Positions 21,678 through 34,204 of a DNA stretch of 64,000 nt are shown here, one piece after another. This stretch comes from Blastocladiella emersonii ATCC 22665 (taxonomy: Eukaryota; Fungi; Blastocladiomycota). Every line of letters begins with the position of its first letter. Position 1 is the first letter of the stretch. Location: positions 186,001 through 250,000 of the forward strand of contig JANHCV010000006.1 in NCBI GenBank assembly GCA_025594325.1, written 5' to 3'. The notes beneath the pieces are model-generated. The model saw only the letters and a list, made by a program, of their open reading frames with translations, was not told where the DNA came from and searched no databases. Position numbers and translations under genes: made by a program.

Positions 21678-24260
21678 ATGCCCGCCCACGCCGAGCCCGT
21701 GATGCGCGCGGCCGCCGACTTTGCGCCGGCCATCTACGTCCCCGTGCACGCCGACTTTTCGCAGATCGAGTATGTGGCGCCGTTCCTCGAGCAGTACAAG
21801 GGCAGCAAGGTGTTCGTGTACAAGTGGAACGGGATCCGCGACAAGATGCTGCACTACTACACGCACTCGCCCGAGTACCAGCAGGCGCAGCTCGGCGTCT
21901 ACGACTTTTCGCTCAAGAACATTGTGCAGTGCATCCTCGCCGAGCCGCCCGGCCGCAAGGTCGTGTTCCTGCTCACCGCGTCCATGGCCTACTTCTTCGG
22001 CGAGTACCAGCGCGACCTGCTGCGCGCCGTCAAGTCGGCGCTCGACGCGCTCGCTGACGACCTCGAGCGCGAGGCCAACGGGGACCCCGCGGCCCTCGCG
22101 CGCGCCCGCGAGCTGCGCGGGAAAGTCAGCGGCGTCTCGGTCGTCGGCCACTGCAGCTACGGGTGCGCGAGCTGCAAGGGCAACGACCACAAGGTGCCCA
22201 TCTACTGGACGCGCTACGTCAAGGGCAGCATCCCCTACACCAAGGAGCACGTGGCGCGCCAGTTCGGCATCGCCTACCCGCCGCCCGCGGGTGGCCAGAA
22301 GCCGATCCCCGTCCTGTGCGCGCCGTCGACGGGCGAGACGTCCGTGCTCCTGCACCGCCCGATCCTCGAGTACCTCAAGCAGCTGCAGGACGCGGGCCAC
22401 TACACGTTCGTGTGGAAGCTGCACCCGGCCGTCTACAACCGCGCGTGGTACGACGAGTCGCGCGTCGAGGACCGCACCGAGATCGAGAACGTGCAGTGGA
22501 TCTTCGCCAACTTTGCCGTGACGCGCGAGGACGAGCCGTGCCTGCTGCCCTTCATCGAGGCGTTCCCGCTCGTCTTCTGCGACCTGCACTCGTCGGTCCC
22601 CTTTATCGCGTCGTACTTCTCGCCGAAACCCATTGTCTGCTACTGGAACGACGCCGACTACGAGGTGCCCGCCGGCCGCGACCCGCAGTTCCTCGCCGGC
22701 CTGCACGTCTTCCAGCACCTCGACGAGCTCAAGGGAATGCTGTCGCCGACGGCCGTGCCCGACCCGCGCGGCGATATCGCCTTCTTCTGGTCCACCTACG
22801 GCCGCGTCGACGGCAACGAGGTCGGCCGGTTCGCCTCGCTCGCCAACTGGCCGCTCGCCGCCGACTCGGTCCCCGCCGACCCCACCGTCGACCTGACGCC
22901 CGTCCTGCGCCGCGCCATCGGCGCCGTGACCAACGCGTGGGACGCGCTCCTCGAAAAGGTCGAGACCGCCGCCATGGACCTCCCCGACGACGAGGACCCG
23001 CTCAGCGACATGAAGTCCGCCATGGGCCTCTTCTCCGACACCCAGCTGCTGCCCCGCACCCCGCGCGTCCCGCCGCCCATCGCCGGCCAGATGCACGACT
23101 CGGCCGTCGCCGTCAACGGCACCACCGAGATCCAGGGAAAGCGCGTCTCGGTCCTGTCGCTCAACCTGTGGCTCGGCGGCGAGGGCTGCTACAAGTCGGG
23201 TCTCCTCGCGGGCGCGCGGTTCGCGGGGGGTCCCGCGATCCCGGCCGCCGACACCCAGGCCGCGCTCGTCGAGGCGACGGCGCGCGCGATCCTCGCCGCG
23301 GGCGCGGACGTGGTCGGGTGCCAGGAGACGGCGACGCTGCCGCGCGATTTGGGGGATCACGAGGCCGAGATTGACCGCGGCGAGCTCGGCGGGCGCACGT
23401 CGGTGCTCCCGGCCCTCGCGCGCGCGCTGACCGCGCTGTCGGGCGGCGAGACCTGGACCGCCGTCGACCAGGGCATCCTGACGCCCGGCAAGGGCAACCG
23501 GCACCCGTGGGGCGTGCTGACGCGGCTGCCCGTTTTGGCGACGTCGCCCGCGCGGTTCGGCGTCCAGGTCGATGTCGGCGGCGGCACCCCCGCGTGGGTG
23601 TTCAACACGCACCTGCCGTACAAGCCGTACGCGCCGTACCAGCTCATCCGGCCGAACCCGATCGCGTACGAGGCCGACGCGCCGCTCAAGGACGCGGCCG
23701 AGGCCGTCGCGTCGTGCACCGCCGCGCGCGGGGAGCAGGTCACCGCGCTCCTTGCCGACATTGCCGCCGCCACGAGCTCGAACAGCGACACGACGCCCGT
23801 GTTCCTGACGGGCGACTTCAACGAGCCGAGCCACCGCGACTGGACCAACGCCGCGACGGTCGCGGGGTACCACCCGGTCCCCGTCGCGTGGCCGTGCACG
23901 TCCCGCGTCGAGCGCGAGGCCGGGTTCACCGACTCGCTGCGCGCCGCGTACCCGGACCCCGTCGCGCACCCCGCCTGGACGTGGTGCACGTACGGCGAGG
24001 AGATGCAGAGCGGCAAGGGCGACGACGAGGGGTGGCGCGTGCAGGGCGACGGCGCCCGGGATGCGGCGGACCGCATCGATTTCGTGTTCCACCGCGGCAG
24101 CAAGGTGCAGGTCGAGAGCGTCGAGGTTGTGGGGAGCGCCAAGTCGCTCGGGAACGGGACCGAGTTCAAGGCCGTCGGGCTCGTCCAGATCGCGGTGGAG
24201 AACGACGCGTGGCCGTCGGACCACCGCGGCGTCGTGGCGCGGTACCGGATCGCGGCGTAA
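21678..24260 (+). CDS. Intronless two-domain protein: N-terminal TagF/CDP-glycerol glycerophosphotransferase-like region plus C-terminal EEP (endonuclease/exonuclease/phosphatase) domain
   Basis: EEP motifs VLSLNLW, VVGCQE, LTGDFN, RIDFVF, WPSDH. N-half motifs WKLHP and FCDLHSSVPF..YFSPKPIVCYWND resemble the TagF-family xxHP and TDYSS..KPII.Y motifs (weaker call). Probable ATG at 21678. Confidence 0.75.
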   Translation: MPAHAEPVMRAAADFAPAIYVPVHADFSQIEYVAPFLEQYKGSKVFVYKWNGIRDKMLHYYTHSPEYQQAQLGVYDFSLKNIVQCILAEPPGRKVVFLLTASMAYFFGEYQRDLLRAVKSALDALADDLEREANGDPAALARARELRGKVSGVSVVGHCSYGCASCKGNDHKVPIYWTRYVKGSIPYTKEHVARQFGIAYPPPAGGQKPIPVLCAPSTGETSVLLHRPILEYLKQLQDAGHYTFVWKLHPAVYNRAWYDESRVEDRTEIENVQWIFANFAVTREDEPCLLPFIEAFPLVFCDLHSSVPFIASYFSPKPIVCYWNDADYEVPAGRDPQFLAGLHVFQHLDELKGMLSPTAVPDPRGDIAFFWSTYGRVDGNEVGRFASLANWPLAADSVPADPTVDLTPVLRRAIGAVTNAWDALLEKVETAAMDLPDDEDPLSDMKSAMGLFSDTQLLPRTPRVPPPIAGQMHDSAVAVNGTTEIQGKRVSVLSLNLWLGGEGCYKSGLLAGARFAGGPAIPAADTQAALVEATARAILAAGADVVGCQETATLPRDLGDHEAEIDRGELGGRTSVLPALARALTALSGGETWTAVDQGILTPGKGNRHPWGVLTRLPVLATSPARFGVQVDVGGGTPAWVFNTHLPYKPYAPYQLIRPNPIAYEADAPLKDAAEAVASCTAARGEQVTALLADIAAATSSNSDTTPVFLTGDFNEPSHRDWTNAATVAGYHPVPVAWPCTSRVEREAGFTDSLRAAYPDPVAHPAWTWCTYGEEMQSGKGDDEGWRVQGDGARDAADRIDFVFHRGSKVQVESVEVVGSAKSLGNGTEFKAVGLVQIAVENDAWPSDHRGVVARYRIAA

Positions 24261-24333
24261 GACGGGGAAGGAGAGGGTTTGCGCAAATACACTTATTTAA
24301 GTCTCGCTATATACACACGGCGGGTGGGGTGGG

Positions 24334-25054
24334 TCATGCCGTCGACATGCGCAGCGCGTCGAGCCGCTTCATGAGCTCCGGGTCCTGCTGCACGGCCTCT
24401 TCCTCTTCCTCCTCCTCGGGCTGCTACACGTACACGCGCGGTCGTGGTGAGTTTGCGGGTCTCAGCACGGAAGCGCAAGAAGCGTACGTTGAGGTCGGCG
24501 CCCACAGTGCCGCCCTGGCCGAGCAGCCCGTCGGTGATCTCGAACAGAACGCGGTTGACCTCCTCCTCGGCCTCCTCCTCGACCTCGTCGTCGTCGAGCG
24601 ACGTGATCGTGTCGTCGATCATCTCCTCGATGATGCCCGCCTTCATCATCTCGCGGGCCATGTCCTGCATCTGGGCCTGGATCTCGGGCAGCTTGACGAG
24701 CCCGTTGACGGACTTCATGATCTCGGTCGACTTCTGGAGCGCGCCCGCGACTTTCAGGGCCGCGAGCTGCTGGCCGAGCTGCATGCTGACCGAGTTGAGC
24801 TGCGCCTTGGACGTGTGCAGGCGCTCCTTGGCCTTGCGCGACCGCACCAGCTCTTTTGCCAGCGACACGCACGCGGCGCGGTTGCCCTTCTTGGCGGCGT
24901 CCTTGAGCGTCCGCTTCACCTTGGCCTCCTCGGCCTCGATGCCCCGGATCTGCCGGTCCAGCACCCGGTCCTGCGCGCGCAGGTTACCGCGCCACTTCTT
25001 CACCTGCTCCTCGGGCGACTGGATGCCCAGCATGGTCTTGAGGAAGGCCGACAT
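24334..25054 (-). CDS. VPS24: ESCRT-III subunit Vps24/CHMP3 (intron near 24424-24487)
   Basis: Snf7-family pattern PEEQVKKWR..LR...R.LDRQIR.I..EE.K, AKELVRSRKA..RL..SKAQLNSV.MQL, MKAGIIEEMIDD. The GTACGC..TAG intron gives the C-terminus ..DPELMKRLDALRMSTA*. Confidence 0.92.
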
Positions 25055-25296
25055 GGCTTAGTTCATGAGCTTTACGTTGCGGTTGTGGTGGTTGCAGGGA
25101 GAGGGAGAGGGAGAGGGGAGAGGAGAGGGCGGCGCGACGGCGACGGCGACCGACGCGAACAAGGGAGCGTGCGGCACGTGGCGGCTGACCACGCGTCTTC
25201 CCTTTCGGCCGCTGCGACTCACGCTAGCCTCAAGCCGTTCGCCCGTCGCAACCTTCTTCTCCTCTCTCCTTCGAGCAACCCGACGACGTGATACCC

Positions 25297-28140
25297 ATGA
25301 ACCAACAACACCACCCTATCGGCTCCCCGCCGACGTACCCAGCCATGCCCCCGGGGTCGCCCGGCTCGCCGCACACGCTGCCCGGGTCGCCGCCCATGAT
25401 GCCGGCCGGATCACCGTACCTTCCGCCCGGGTCCCCGCACTCGCCGCAGTCGCCGCACTCGCCCGCGTCGCCGTACCTGCAGCAGCGCCAGCAGACGCTC
25501 GGCATGCTCGACGCGTGGCTCGCCTCTGGCTGGGACCCGAATGAGGTGGTCGACGGCGCAGTGTTCGTCGTGGCCGCGGCGTTTGATGACCCGGAGCTCG
25601 CGATGCCGCTCAGAGGTGCGTTCCTGCGCTTAGAGTGTAGGTGGATGGTCCATGGACGTGTGTGTGGGAATGTAGAGATCGAGAGCGCCGCGCCGTACCC
25701 GAACTTTATCGTGCACGATGCGACCACGAGCGCGAGCCAGCGCCGCATGGACCCGAAGCGTGCCGGGATCGAGCCCGGGCCGCGGTCGTGGTATATCGCG
25801 TACGTGTGCGCGGTGTGATCGTGTAAGGGATGCAGAACTGACGCATGAACCTCCAGGTTCACGCGCACGCCCGAGCTCGAGCCCGGCCAGCTGCAGATCG
25901 ACTGCAACGCGACCAACTACCTCGAACACACGGCCACCACCGACCGCCCGTTCGAGATCCAGGTCCGGTACAACCGCACCATTGAGGGTACCTTTCCTCA
26001 TAAAGTCGCGCCCGCCTGCGAGTCACTCACCCCCGCCCTCACGTAGCCTTCCGCGCGCTCGGCCACATCCTGGCCGGCACCGTCAAGACGCGCGACGCGG
26101 GCGACGTGCGGCACCTGTTTGTCCGTGAGCGGGCGCAGTTTGACCGGCTCGGCCTGATGCTCGACTGCTCGCGCGGCGGCGTGCCCAACCTGCGCACCGT
26201 GCGCTTCTTCCTCGTCCGCCTCGCCCTCCTCGGCATCAACACCCTCATGCTCTACACCGAGGACACGTTCGAGGTGCCCGGCGAGCCCTGGTTCGGGTAC
26301 CTCCGCGGCCGGTTCTCCCAGGCCGAGCTCAAGGAGATTGACGATTACGCGTTTGCGTTCGGGATCGAGGGTACGCGCCCTTTGGATCACAGTCGCCATC
26401 ACTCGACGACGCACACTGACTCCCGTGCAATCGTAGTCATCCCGTGCATCCAGACCCTCGGCCACCTGGGCCAGATCCTGCAGTGGCCGGCGTACGCGCA
26501 CCTGCGCGACACGCACGAGGTGCTGCTGGCGCACTCCAAGGACACGTATACCTTCCTCGACAAGGTGATCCGCGCCGCCTGCGCCCCGTTCCGCTCCCGC
26601 AAGGTGCACGTCGGCATGGACGAGGCGGCCGGGCTCGGCGAGGGACAGCACAAGCAGTACTTCCCCGGCCACCACCGCACCCAGATCTTCCTCGACCACC
26701 TCGAGGTCGTCACCCGGATATGCAGGAGTATCGGACGCGAGCCGCTGATCTGGAGCGATATGCTGTTCTGCCTCGGTACGCTTTCTGGGAGCTGGTTTGG
26801 CGTTGGTGGCAATCTGACGCGTCTGTGAGAGTGTAGCCAACCAGAACATGTCGCTCAACGGGTACTACAGCGACTCGGGCGTATCGCTCAACCACACCCG
26901 CGGCGCGAGCCCGACGTCGACGTCGCGGATCCCGGACGTCGAGCTGGTCCTGTGGGACTACTACCACACGAGCCCGGCGACGTACGCCGACCGGATCCAG
27001 GCGCACTGCGACCTCGGGTGCGGCGACCCGTGGGTCGCCAGCGGGATCTGGAGCTGGAACCGCCTGCAGGTCGCGCTGCCCTTCACGTTCCAGGTGACGC
27101 AGGCGTGCCTGACGGCGGCAAAAGAGACGGGCAAGCGCACCAACGGCGCGCACCACGTCCGTAACATGCTCACGACGCTGTGGGGCGACGACGGGAACGA
27201 GGGCGACTGGTTCTCGGCGTTCCCCGCGCTCGTCTACTACGCGCACGCGGCGTACACGGAGCACGCCGACGCGGTGAGCCCCGCGGCGATTTCGAGATGG
27301 TTCACGGGCGTGTTTGGCGGGAAGCTCGAGGACTGGGTACGCATTCTTCGCTGTTTACCGAGTGGACCGAGACTGATCCCGCGGTGGATGTAGATGCACG
27401 CGTGCCGCATCGACAACCTGACGCTCTCCACGGCGCCCGTCACGTCTCAGACGCAGTTCCCGCCGAACCTCGGCAAGTGGCTGCTATGGGAGGACCCCGT
27501 GTACGCGCACCTCTCCCCGCAGGCGCCGCCTGCGCACCAGCTCGAGGCCGAGTACAAGGCGATCCACGCGCGCCTCGACCTCGCGACCTCCCCGCACACC
27601 GTGAGCCAGTACCCGTTCAACACCCACCTCGCGCTCGCGCGTGACCACGCGGGCGTCCTCGCGCTCAAAACCGCGCTCCGCCCGCGCCTCGTCGCCGCGT
27701 ACCAAGCCGGCGCCCTCGCCGAACTCGTCGCGCTCGCCGACGGGCAAGTCGCGTCCCTCGCGCGCGCGGTCGCCCGCATGGCGCGCACGCACCGCGGGGC
27801 GTGGATGCGCCGGTTCGCGCCGTTCGGGTGGGAGATTCTCGATCTCCGGTACGGCGGGCTGCGCGCGCGCGTCGAAACCCTGAAAGTGCGGATCGCGGCG
27901 TTTGCAAGGACGCACGAGCGCATGAGCACGCGGCGCACCGAGATGCCCAGCAGCATGAACACGCAGAGTATGCGCGACCCGGAGGGCGACGAGGCGGAGG
28001 AGGATGAGGAGGAGGATGAAGTGATGGCACTGCCGGAGCTCGAGGTCACCCCGCGTGTCGTGTGGGAGGGGATGGGCGACCGCGTCGTCGTCGATTACGC
28101 GCGCGCGTGTACGCCGATGCGCGGCATGGGGACCGGGTAA
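25297..28140 (+). CDS. GH20 beta-N-acetylhexosaminidase, HEXD-like (multi-exon)
   Basis: Motifs LMLDCSR, LYTEDTF, YLRGRFSQAELKEIDDYA, (V)IPCIQTLGH, catalytic HVGMDEA, WSDM. Several GTAC..AG introns; exon limits are approximate. Confidence 0.85.
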
Positions 28141-28178
28141 CGACCCCGAGAAATAATATATTGCACATGCGGGATGAA

Positions 28179-29897
28179 TCAGTAGCCGAATTTCGCGTTC
28201 AGCGACGTCCGCCCGTCGCCCGTCTGCCCCGCGGGCGGGACCCACTCGACGACTTTCTCGGCGGCGCTTGGCGCGGTTTCGGAATCCGAGTCGACCTCGG
28301 CTTCCACGTCCATGCCCATGTCGCGGAACGCCGAGCGCGGCGGTGGCGCGACGGGTCGCCGCGGGGCGGCCGCGGCGGGTGCGGCGGGTGCTGCGGGAGC
28401 GGGAGGTGGGCGCGCGGGACCAGCGACGCGGGGACGCTTCGCGGATGGCGGCTCGACATCCGCCGTGTTCTTGGCGGGGCTCGCGGGCCGCTTGAGCGCC
28501 GGCTTCGCTTGAGCGGGCGCGGGAGCAGGTTTCGGCGGCGCCGCGGGCCGGACGATCGCGAGCAGCTTATCGACGCGCGCGATCTCGGCGTCGATCGCGG
28601 CGAGCTCCTTGAGCTTGGCGGCGCGCTGGTCGGCGCGCTGCGCCTTGTCGAGGCCGGCCATGTACGCGTCGAGCTCGTCCTCTTCCTCCCCCTCGCCGCC
28701 CGCGGCAGCCACGTCAGTGAGACCCGCGAGCTCAGAGTCGACCCGCGCGCGGTCGGCGAGGAGCGCGGTGCGTTTGGCCGTCAGCGAGTCGAGGTTCTCG
28801 ACGGCAGGACCAGCGGCGGGCGCGGCGGTCTGCTTCGCCGTAGTCGCGGCGCGGTCGAAGAACTCGTCGTCGCCATCACTCCCATCCCCGCCATCCTCCT
28901 CGCCCATGAGCCGGCGCACGCGGGCCGCGTTGTTCCCGCGGGGCGACTCGCGGAGGTACCCGAGCGCGTCGATCTTGGCGAGGACCAGCAAAATCGCGTT
29001 CCGCTCGGCGTCGCGCTTGCGGGACGCGGCCGCGAGCCCGGTGACGGTGCGCGGGTCGCCGTCGGCGTCGAGCGACACGTCCAGGCGCGCCGTGTACTCG
29101 CGGGCGTGGCCGGCGCCCGACTCGGCGTGGTCGATGTGCAGGTCCAGGCCGCGCTGGTCGAGCCACGCGGTCAGCGTTTTGCGCGGGTCCTTGGCGTAGT
29201 ACGCGCCGAGATCGGGTTCGATGGCGTCGAGGTCCACGTCCGTGCGGGTGCCGGGCAAAGTGTCGTCGTCGGCGTCGGCGCCGAAGCCCCACGAGATGCC
29301 CGTCGGTTCATCGGCGGGAATCGGGGCGGGGGTTTCGGCGGGGTCAGCGGCCTCGGGCTCGGGCTCGGGCGGGCCGTGCACGATGAACAGGCGCGTGCTG
29401 GACCCGAACCGGATCAGGTCGCCGTCGCGCACTTGGACGTGGGTGCGCGGCTTGACGAGGGTCTTGTTGAGCGAGGTGCCGTTGGTCGACAGGTCGTACA
29501 GGAACAGCTCGTTGGCGCGCGAGAATTGCAGGACGGCGTGGTAGCGGCTGATTGACTAAATTTTTGGGGGGAGTGTGAGAATGTGGGTTGATGGGGTGAA
29601 GGTGAGGAAACGTACGCCGTGGGCGAGCACGAGGTCGCACGACTCGAGCCAGCCGACGGTCGCCACGGGCTTGGCAGGCAGCGGCAGGGTCTCGATGATG
29701 AGGCCGCCCTTGAGGACCTCGAGGCTCCACTGGGTCGATGGCGCGGCCGACCACTCGGGCGGCGTGTAGGGCAGCGGTGGCGGGGCACGCGGCTCGTCTG
29801 GTTTCGAGGCCGCGGGCCGGCCGATCGAGGGCGCCTTGAACCCGCCGGGTCCCTCGAGAGCATCGGCCGAGTGTGTTGCATGAGGTGATGAGTTCAT
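28179..29897 (-). CDS. FHA-domain protein, kanadaptin/SLC4A1AP-like (one intron ~29553-29615)
   Basis: LPYTPPEWS..P...WSLEVLKGGLII, CDLVLAH/P..SRYHAVLQF, DLSTNGT.LNK, DGDLIRFGSSTRLF, then DDEFFDRAA and EDELDAYMAGL, ending LNAKFGY. Confidence 0.85.
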
Positions 29898-30134
29898 TGC
29901 TACAGGTTTTCGTCGCAAAGGAAGAGAGAACGCGTCGAAGCAGGGCGCACATGGGGTCAGCTGATGCCCGGAGCGCGGCGATCACTGTCGGCGCGTGCCG
30001 AGTTCTCACCGCCGCGCACTGCGCCCTTCCCCGCGCTCCCCCCAACCGCCCGCAGATCCCATGCAGCCTGCCCGCCGGCCGTAGAGCCTGCCCCATCGAC
30101 GAAGCGACCCACCCCTCCGCCCACGCACGCCTCC

Positions 30135-31943
30135 ATGGGCGAGCCGCGCTCCATTACCGACTTCATCGACGCGCCGCTCGACGCCTTCATCAAGGTCCAC
30201 CCGCCCGCCTCCCGCCGCACCCGCAACCGCGCCAGCAACGGCACCACCGCCTCTAAGCCCACCCGCGCCGCCGTCGCTGCCAAGGGAAAGCGCGGCTCTG
30301 CACTCGCCTCGTCCTCCTCGCGCAAACCGCGCAAGAAGAAGCAGAACCGCCCGACCACCGCCAACTCGCGCAACACCAACCCGCGCGTCGGCCGCTTCTC
30401 GCGCTCCATCGCCTTCCGCCCGCGCTTCGCCATGTCGGGCCCGCTCACCACGCGCGCCCTGCGCGCCGACGCTGCCCGCGGCGGGTACGCTGCCCGGTCC
30501 TCGGCCTCGTCGGGGTTCTCTACCGCGGACCTGCGCCGCACCCTCGGGTCCGGGTCGTCGTTCAAGTCGAGCAAGCACCATGATGGTGATCTGCGCGCGG
30601 TCATTCGCCGCGCCGGGTCCAGCAGCGGTTCCGCGCACCACTCATCTTCGTCGTCTCGGCCGTCGCACGCCGCGTCTGCACCAGCGGCCAAGAGCCTGCC
30701 CAAAGGCGACCTGCGCAACGTGATTCCGCCAAAGGACCTGCGCGACCTTCTCCCCGCCCGGAATTCGCCCGCACCCGCTTCATCCTCCTCCTCGTCGGCG
30801 CAGGCACCACCGGCGGGCCTCATCGAGATCACCCTGTCGCGCAACGGCGTCGCCCAGTCCGCCGCCATCACCGCCCCCGCGCCCGCCGCCGGCGCCGCGC
30901 TGGAGCCCATCACCATCGAGCTGCCCGCCCGCCCGCACGGCGCGTCCAACGACGGCATCCCGCCCGGCTCGCGCACCCGCCGCGCCGACCGCCCGCCCGA
31001 GCCCCGCACCACCGTCCCGCGCGCCAACAACGCGCCACCAGAGCCCGGAGAGGTGCGCCGTGGCGAGGAGGGCGGCGCCGCGGCCGTCCGCGAGCTCGTC
31101 GCGTCGGGTCTCGCCGGTGTGCCCGTCGGTCCCGGCGTCTACACGGCTGCACCCGCGCCCGCGCCGCCGGCTCCGCAGCCGCAGCCCGCGCCGGTCCAGG
31201 TGCACGCGTTTGCCCCCGCGCCCGCGCCCGCGCCCGTGTACCCGGTCGTGCAGAGCTACCACGCCGTCGCGCCCGTCGGGTCCTTCTCGGCGTCCATGAT
31301 GCACCACCAGCAGCCGCACCACCACCACCACCATGCGCATTCCGGGTTCGCCGTCGCCCACTACGCGCCACCACCGCAGCAGCAGCACCGCGTCGGCGTC
31401 GCGCACCACCACCATGGAACGGCTGCGCCGCCCGCGCCCGCGCCGGCTGCCGAGGAGGGGTCGACGACCGTGTACACGGTCCGCGTGACGAACCTCGACC
31501 CGAACATTACCATTGAGGATCTCGACGTACGTCTTTCATCGTTCGCTATGCCTGTGTGTGAGTGTGGCGATGCTGACTCTCGCGGGTTCTAGGCCGGCTT
31601 CTCTGACTGCGGCCGCGTGCTGCACATCATGCTGCGCACCGACGCCGACGGCAACCCGACGGGCGCCGCGCACGTCACCTTCTCGACCATCGAGGCGTGC
31701 CAGACCGCCATCGGCCGCTTCAACAACACGCGCATCGACTCGCGCGTCCTCAAGGTCGACATGCAGCCCACGCCCAAGCAGGTCCTCGTCGACATCGAGA
31801 CCCGGTTCGGGATCCGGTGCATGTCGGCGGCACCGCGGACGTACGCTCTTTCCTCGCATCGGGATCTCGCGTGGAGCTGTTGACTGACACTGAGACGCAT
31901 CTGTAGTCGGCTGGTCGGCGCGGCAACCGCGCGCGGGTTCTGA
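30135..31943 (+). CDS. Low-complexity protein with a C-terminal RRM (POLDIP3/Aly-like architecture), spliced
   Basis: RRM motifs VRVTNLDPNITIEDL / GAAHVTFSTIEACQTAIGRFNNTRIDSRVLKV, and repeated DLR motifs upstream. Introns begin GTACG; ends are approximate. Confidence 0.65.
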
Positions 31944-32178
31944 TCGACCCACTCCACCTGGTGGCCCACGCACAAGTATTTGCAGATAAAACTGTCGATC
32001 TAATTTTCTCTTCTTTGCGACCTCGCGACGTGTGAGGCGCAGCGCTCCGACGCTAAAACTGTGAGTCGGTGTCTCGCACCGAGTCTCGCACTCTGATCTC
32101 TCAACTTGACCGCTCGCTTCTCCCACCTCCCTCCTCCCCAATCTCGCCTCACGCGACCCATGCAACTCTCATAACCCA

Positions 32179-33386
32179 ATGCAACCGAATGCAATAATCG
32201 ACCCGACCAAGGACCCGCTCGTGCAGTGGGGCGCGTACTTGGTGCCCGAGTCGTTCGCGCACATGCTGAACGGCTACCACACGCAGATCGACGCGCTCAC
32301 CAAGGAGCGCGACGAGCTGCGCCGCCAGTGCCACGCCCAGCAGCAAGCTCTCGACGAGCAGACGAAGATCAACGCGTCGATGCAGTCGCAGCGTGACTAC
32401 TATTACGCGTGCTACACTGCCATGCTGCCCAAGTCGGCGCCGTCGCTCCAAACGCAGGGCGCCGCGGGGCAAGTCGTGTACGCGCAGGCGGGCCCGTTGC
32501 CAGCCGCCGTGGTCTCTCGCCCGCAGGCTGCTTCATACGTTCCTGCCCTGCAGCACGTTCCTGTCTACGTCGCCGCTGTCCCGCCGCCCGCGTCCAGGCG
32601 ACCTTATGCTCCGATCGCTCCGCGCCCGCCCGCCAGCACTTACCCTGCGGAGGTCCCGCACGCTCCCATCGCTGCCTCGCGCCCCGCCGCTCACCCATCC
32701 GGTCCTGCTGTGTCGCTCGCTCCGCATCTCGCACACTCTTCGAACTCGTCGCCTGCCGCCGTCCCGACCGCTCCGACGTCTCGTTCTACTGCTTCTCGAT
32801 CGACTGCGACTTCCGCGCGCGCAAAGCCTGGGAATCCCGCTCTTGCTCCTAAACCTGCTGCTGCCCCAAAGCCCGCTGCCGCCTTGACACCCGCTGCGGC
32901 ACCCAAACCGGCACCCGCTCTCTCGCCCAAGGAGCTCGAAAATCGTGTCCGCAACGGAAAACACAAGCAGATCGAGGTACGCTCACGCGCTGCTCATTTC
33001 CCCCCGGGGACTTCAACTTACTCTCGCGGCGCCACGATTTTTGCAATCAGCAAGAGATCACGGTGTCGAGCGAGCACTGGATCCGCGGTTCCGTACATGA
33101 CCCGCGGCTGTACGACGAGGACGAGTGGGAGTCGCTGATCACGAAGGGCACCGAGGCCGTGGTCGAGGACATTTTGGAGACGTTCGGCACCGTGTTCGAC
33201 ATGGACGGCGTGCACTGGACGGCCAACCTCATCGAGATCAAGGTCGCCAAGCTTCTGCGGCGCATCCTCGAGGACGAGCGCAAGCGCATCGAGTACGGGC
33301 TCCCTGCCAAGGGATCGCCGCTCACGCAGCCGGCGCCAGAGGATTTGATAAGGGAGCTTGAGGAGGAGTTTGGGTACCGGTATTGA
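32179..33386 (+). CDS. Hypothetical Pro/Ala-rich protein (probable intron ~32978-33046)
   Basis: Two coding-biased blocks (32179.. and ..33386) separated by GTACGC..CAG. No family was recognised. Confidence 0.55.
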
Positions 33387-34204
33387 TCTGCGCGGCCGAG
33401 ATGGTGATGGGGTATTGAAGATTGCGCCAGCTATGCCGCGTAAACTAGCTTAGTACTGATCATAGACATACGTTTCCTTTAATACGTTTTGAGAGAGGAA
33501 CACCATGCTTGTCTTAAAACGAATCTCCCCCCCCCCCCTAGGTCTTGCTTATTTGCGAGTGAACCTGCTCGCAACTTGGACGCGGCGATGACGCTGTGTG
33601 TCTCAGAGGGTGTGAGCGAGTGCGTCGCCAGGTCTCTTTTCGATGAGCGCCAATCGCCGCGCGCAAAGTGTGGGACGGGTCGCGTCGCGTCGCGTCCCCA
33701 GTCCGCACGGAATCTGAAGTCCCGCATGCGCACTTCTCCCGGTCTGACTGCGCTACTCCAGTCTGAATAGCGATTTCTGAGTGTCTATTCATAGGCAGAC
33801 TGGATTGTCTCGCCGGCCCGGTCTGAGCGGACTCGCGAAATAATGTCTCGCAGCAGTCACATGATTGATCGACGCGTCGCGTTTCGACTTGCATGGTCAC
33901 TTTTGCGACTGCGTCATAAGAAAACCTTGAGCATTGCGACCAATTGGAGGTTGGAGCGTCGAAACGCGTGATGTAAATCTGTTTGGCAGCGAGGGAGGGC
34001 TATGTGGTGAGGAAATTTGCAAGCGACAAGCCCACCAGCTTCCAGCAGCGGATGTGAAATGTTGCACGCTGCATGTCGCGGAGGGTGCGGGCCTTCTGAG
34101 GCAAAACGAGATGTATATTTTTGAGGAGCGGTTGCATTTAGAAAGGTGATCGGATTGCGCGCTCGTTGGTGTGGATGGATGTAACATGATGTGGGTTGGC
34201 TAAT

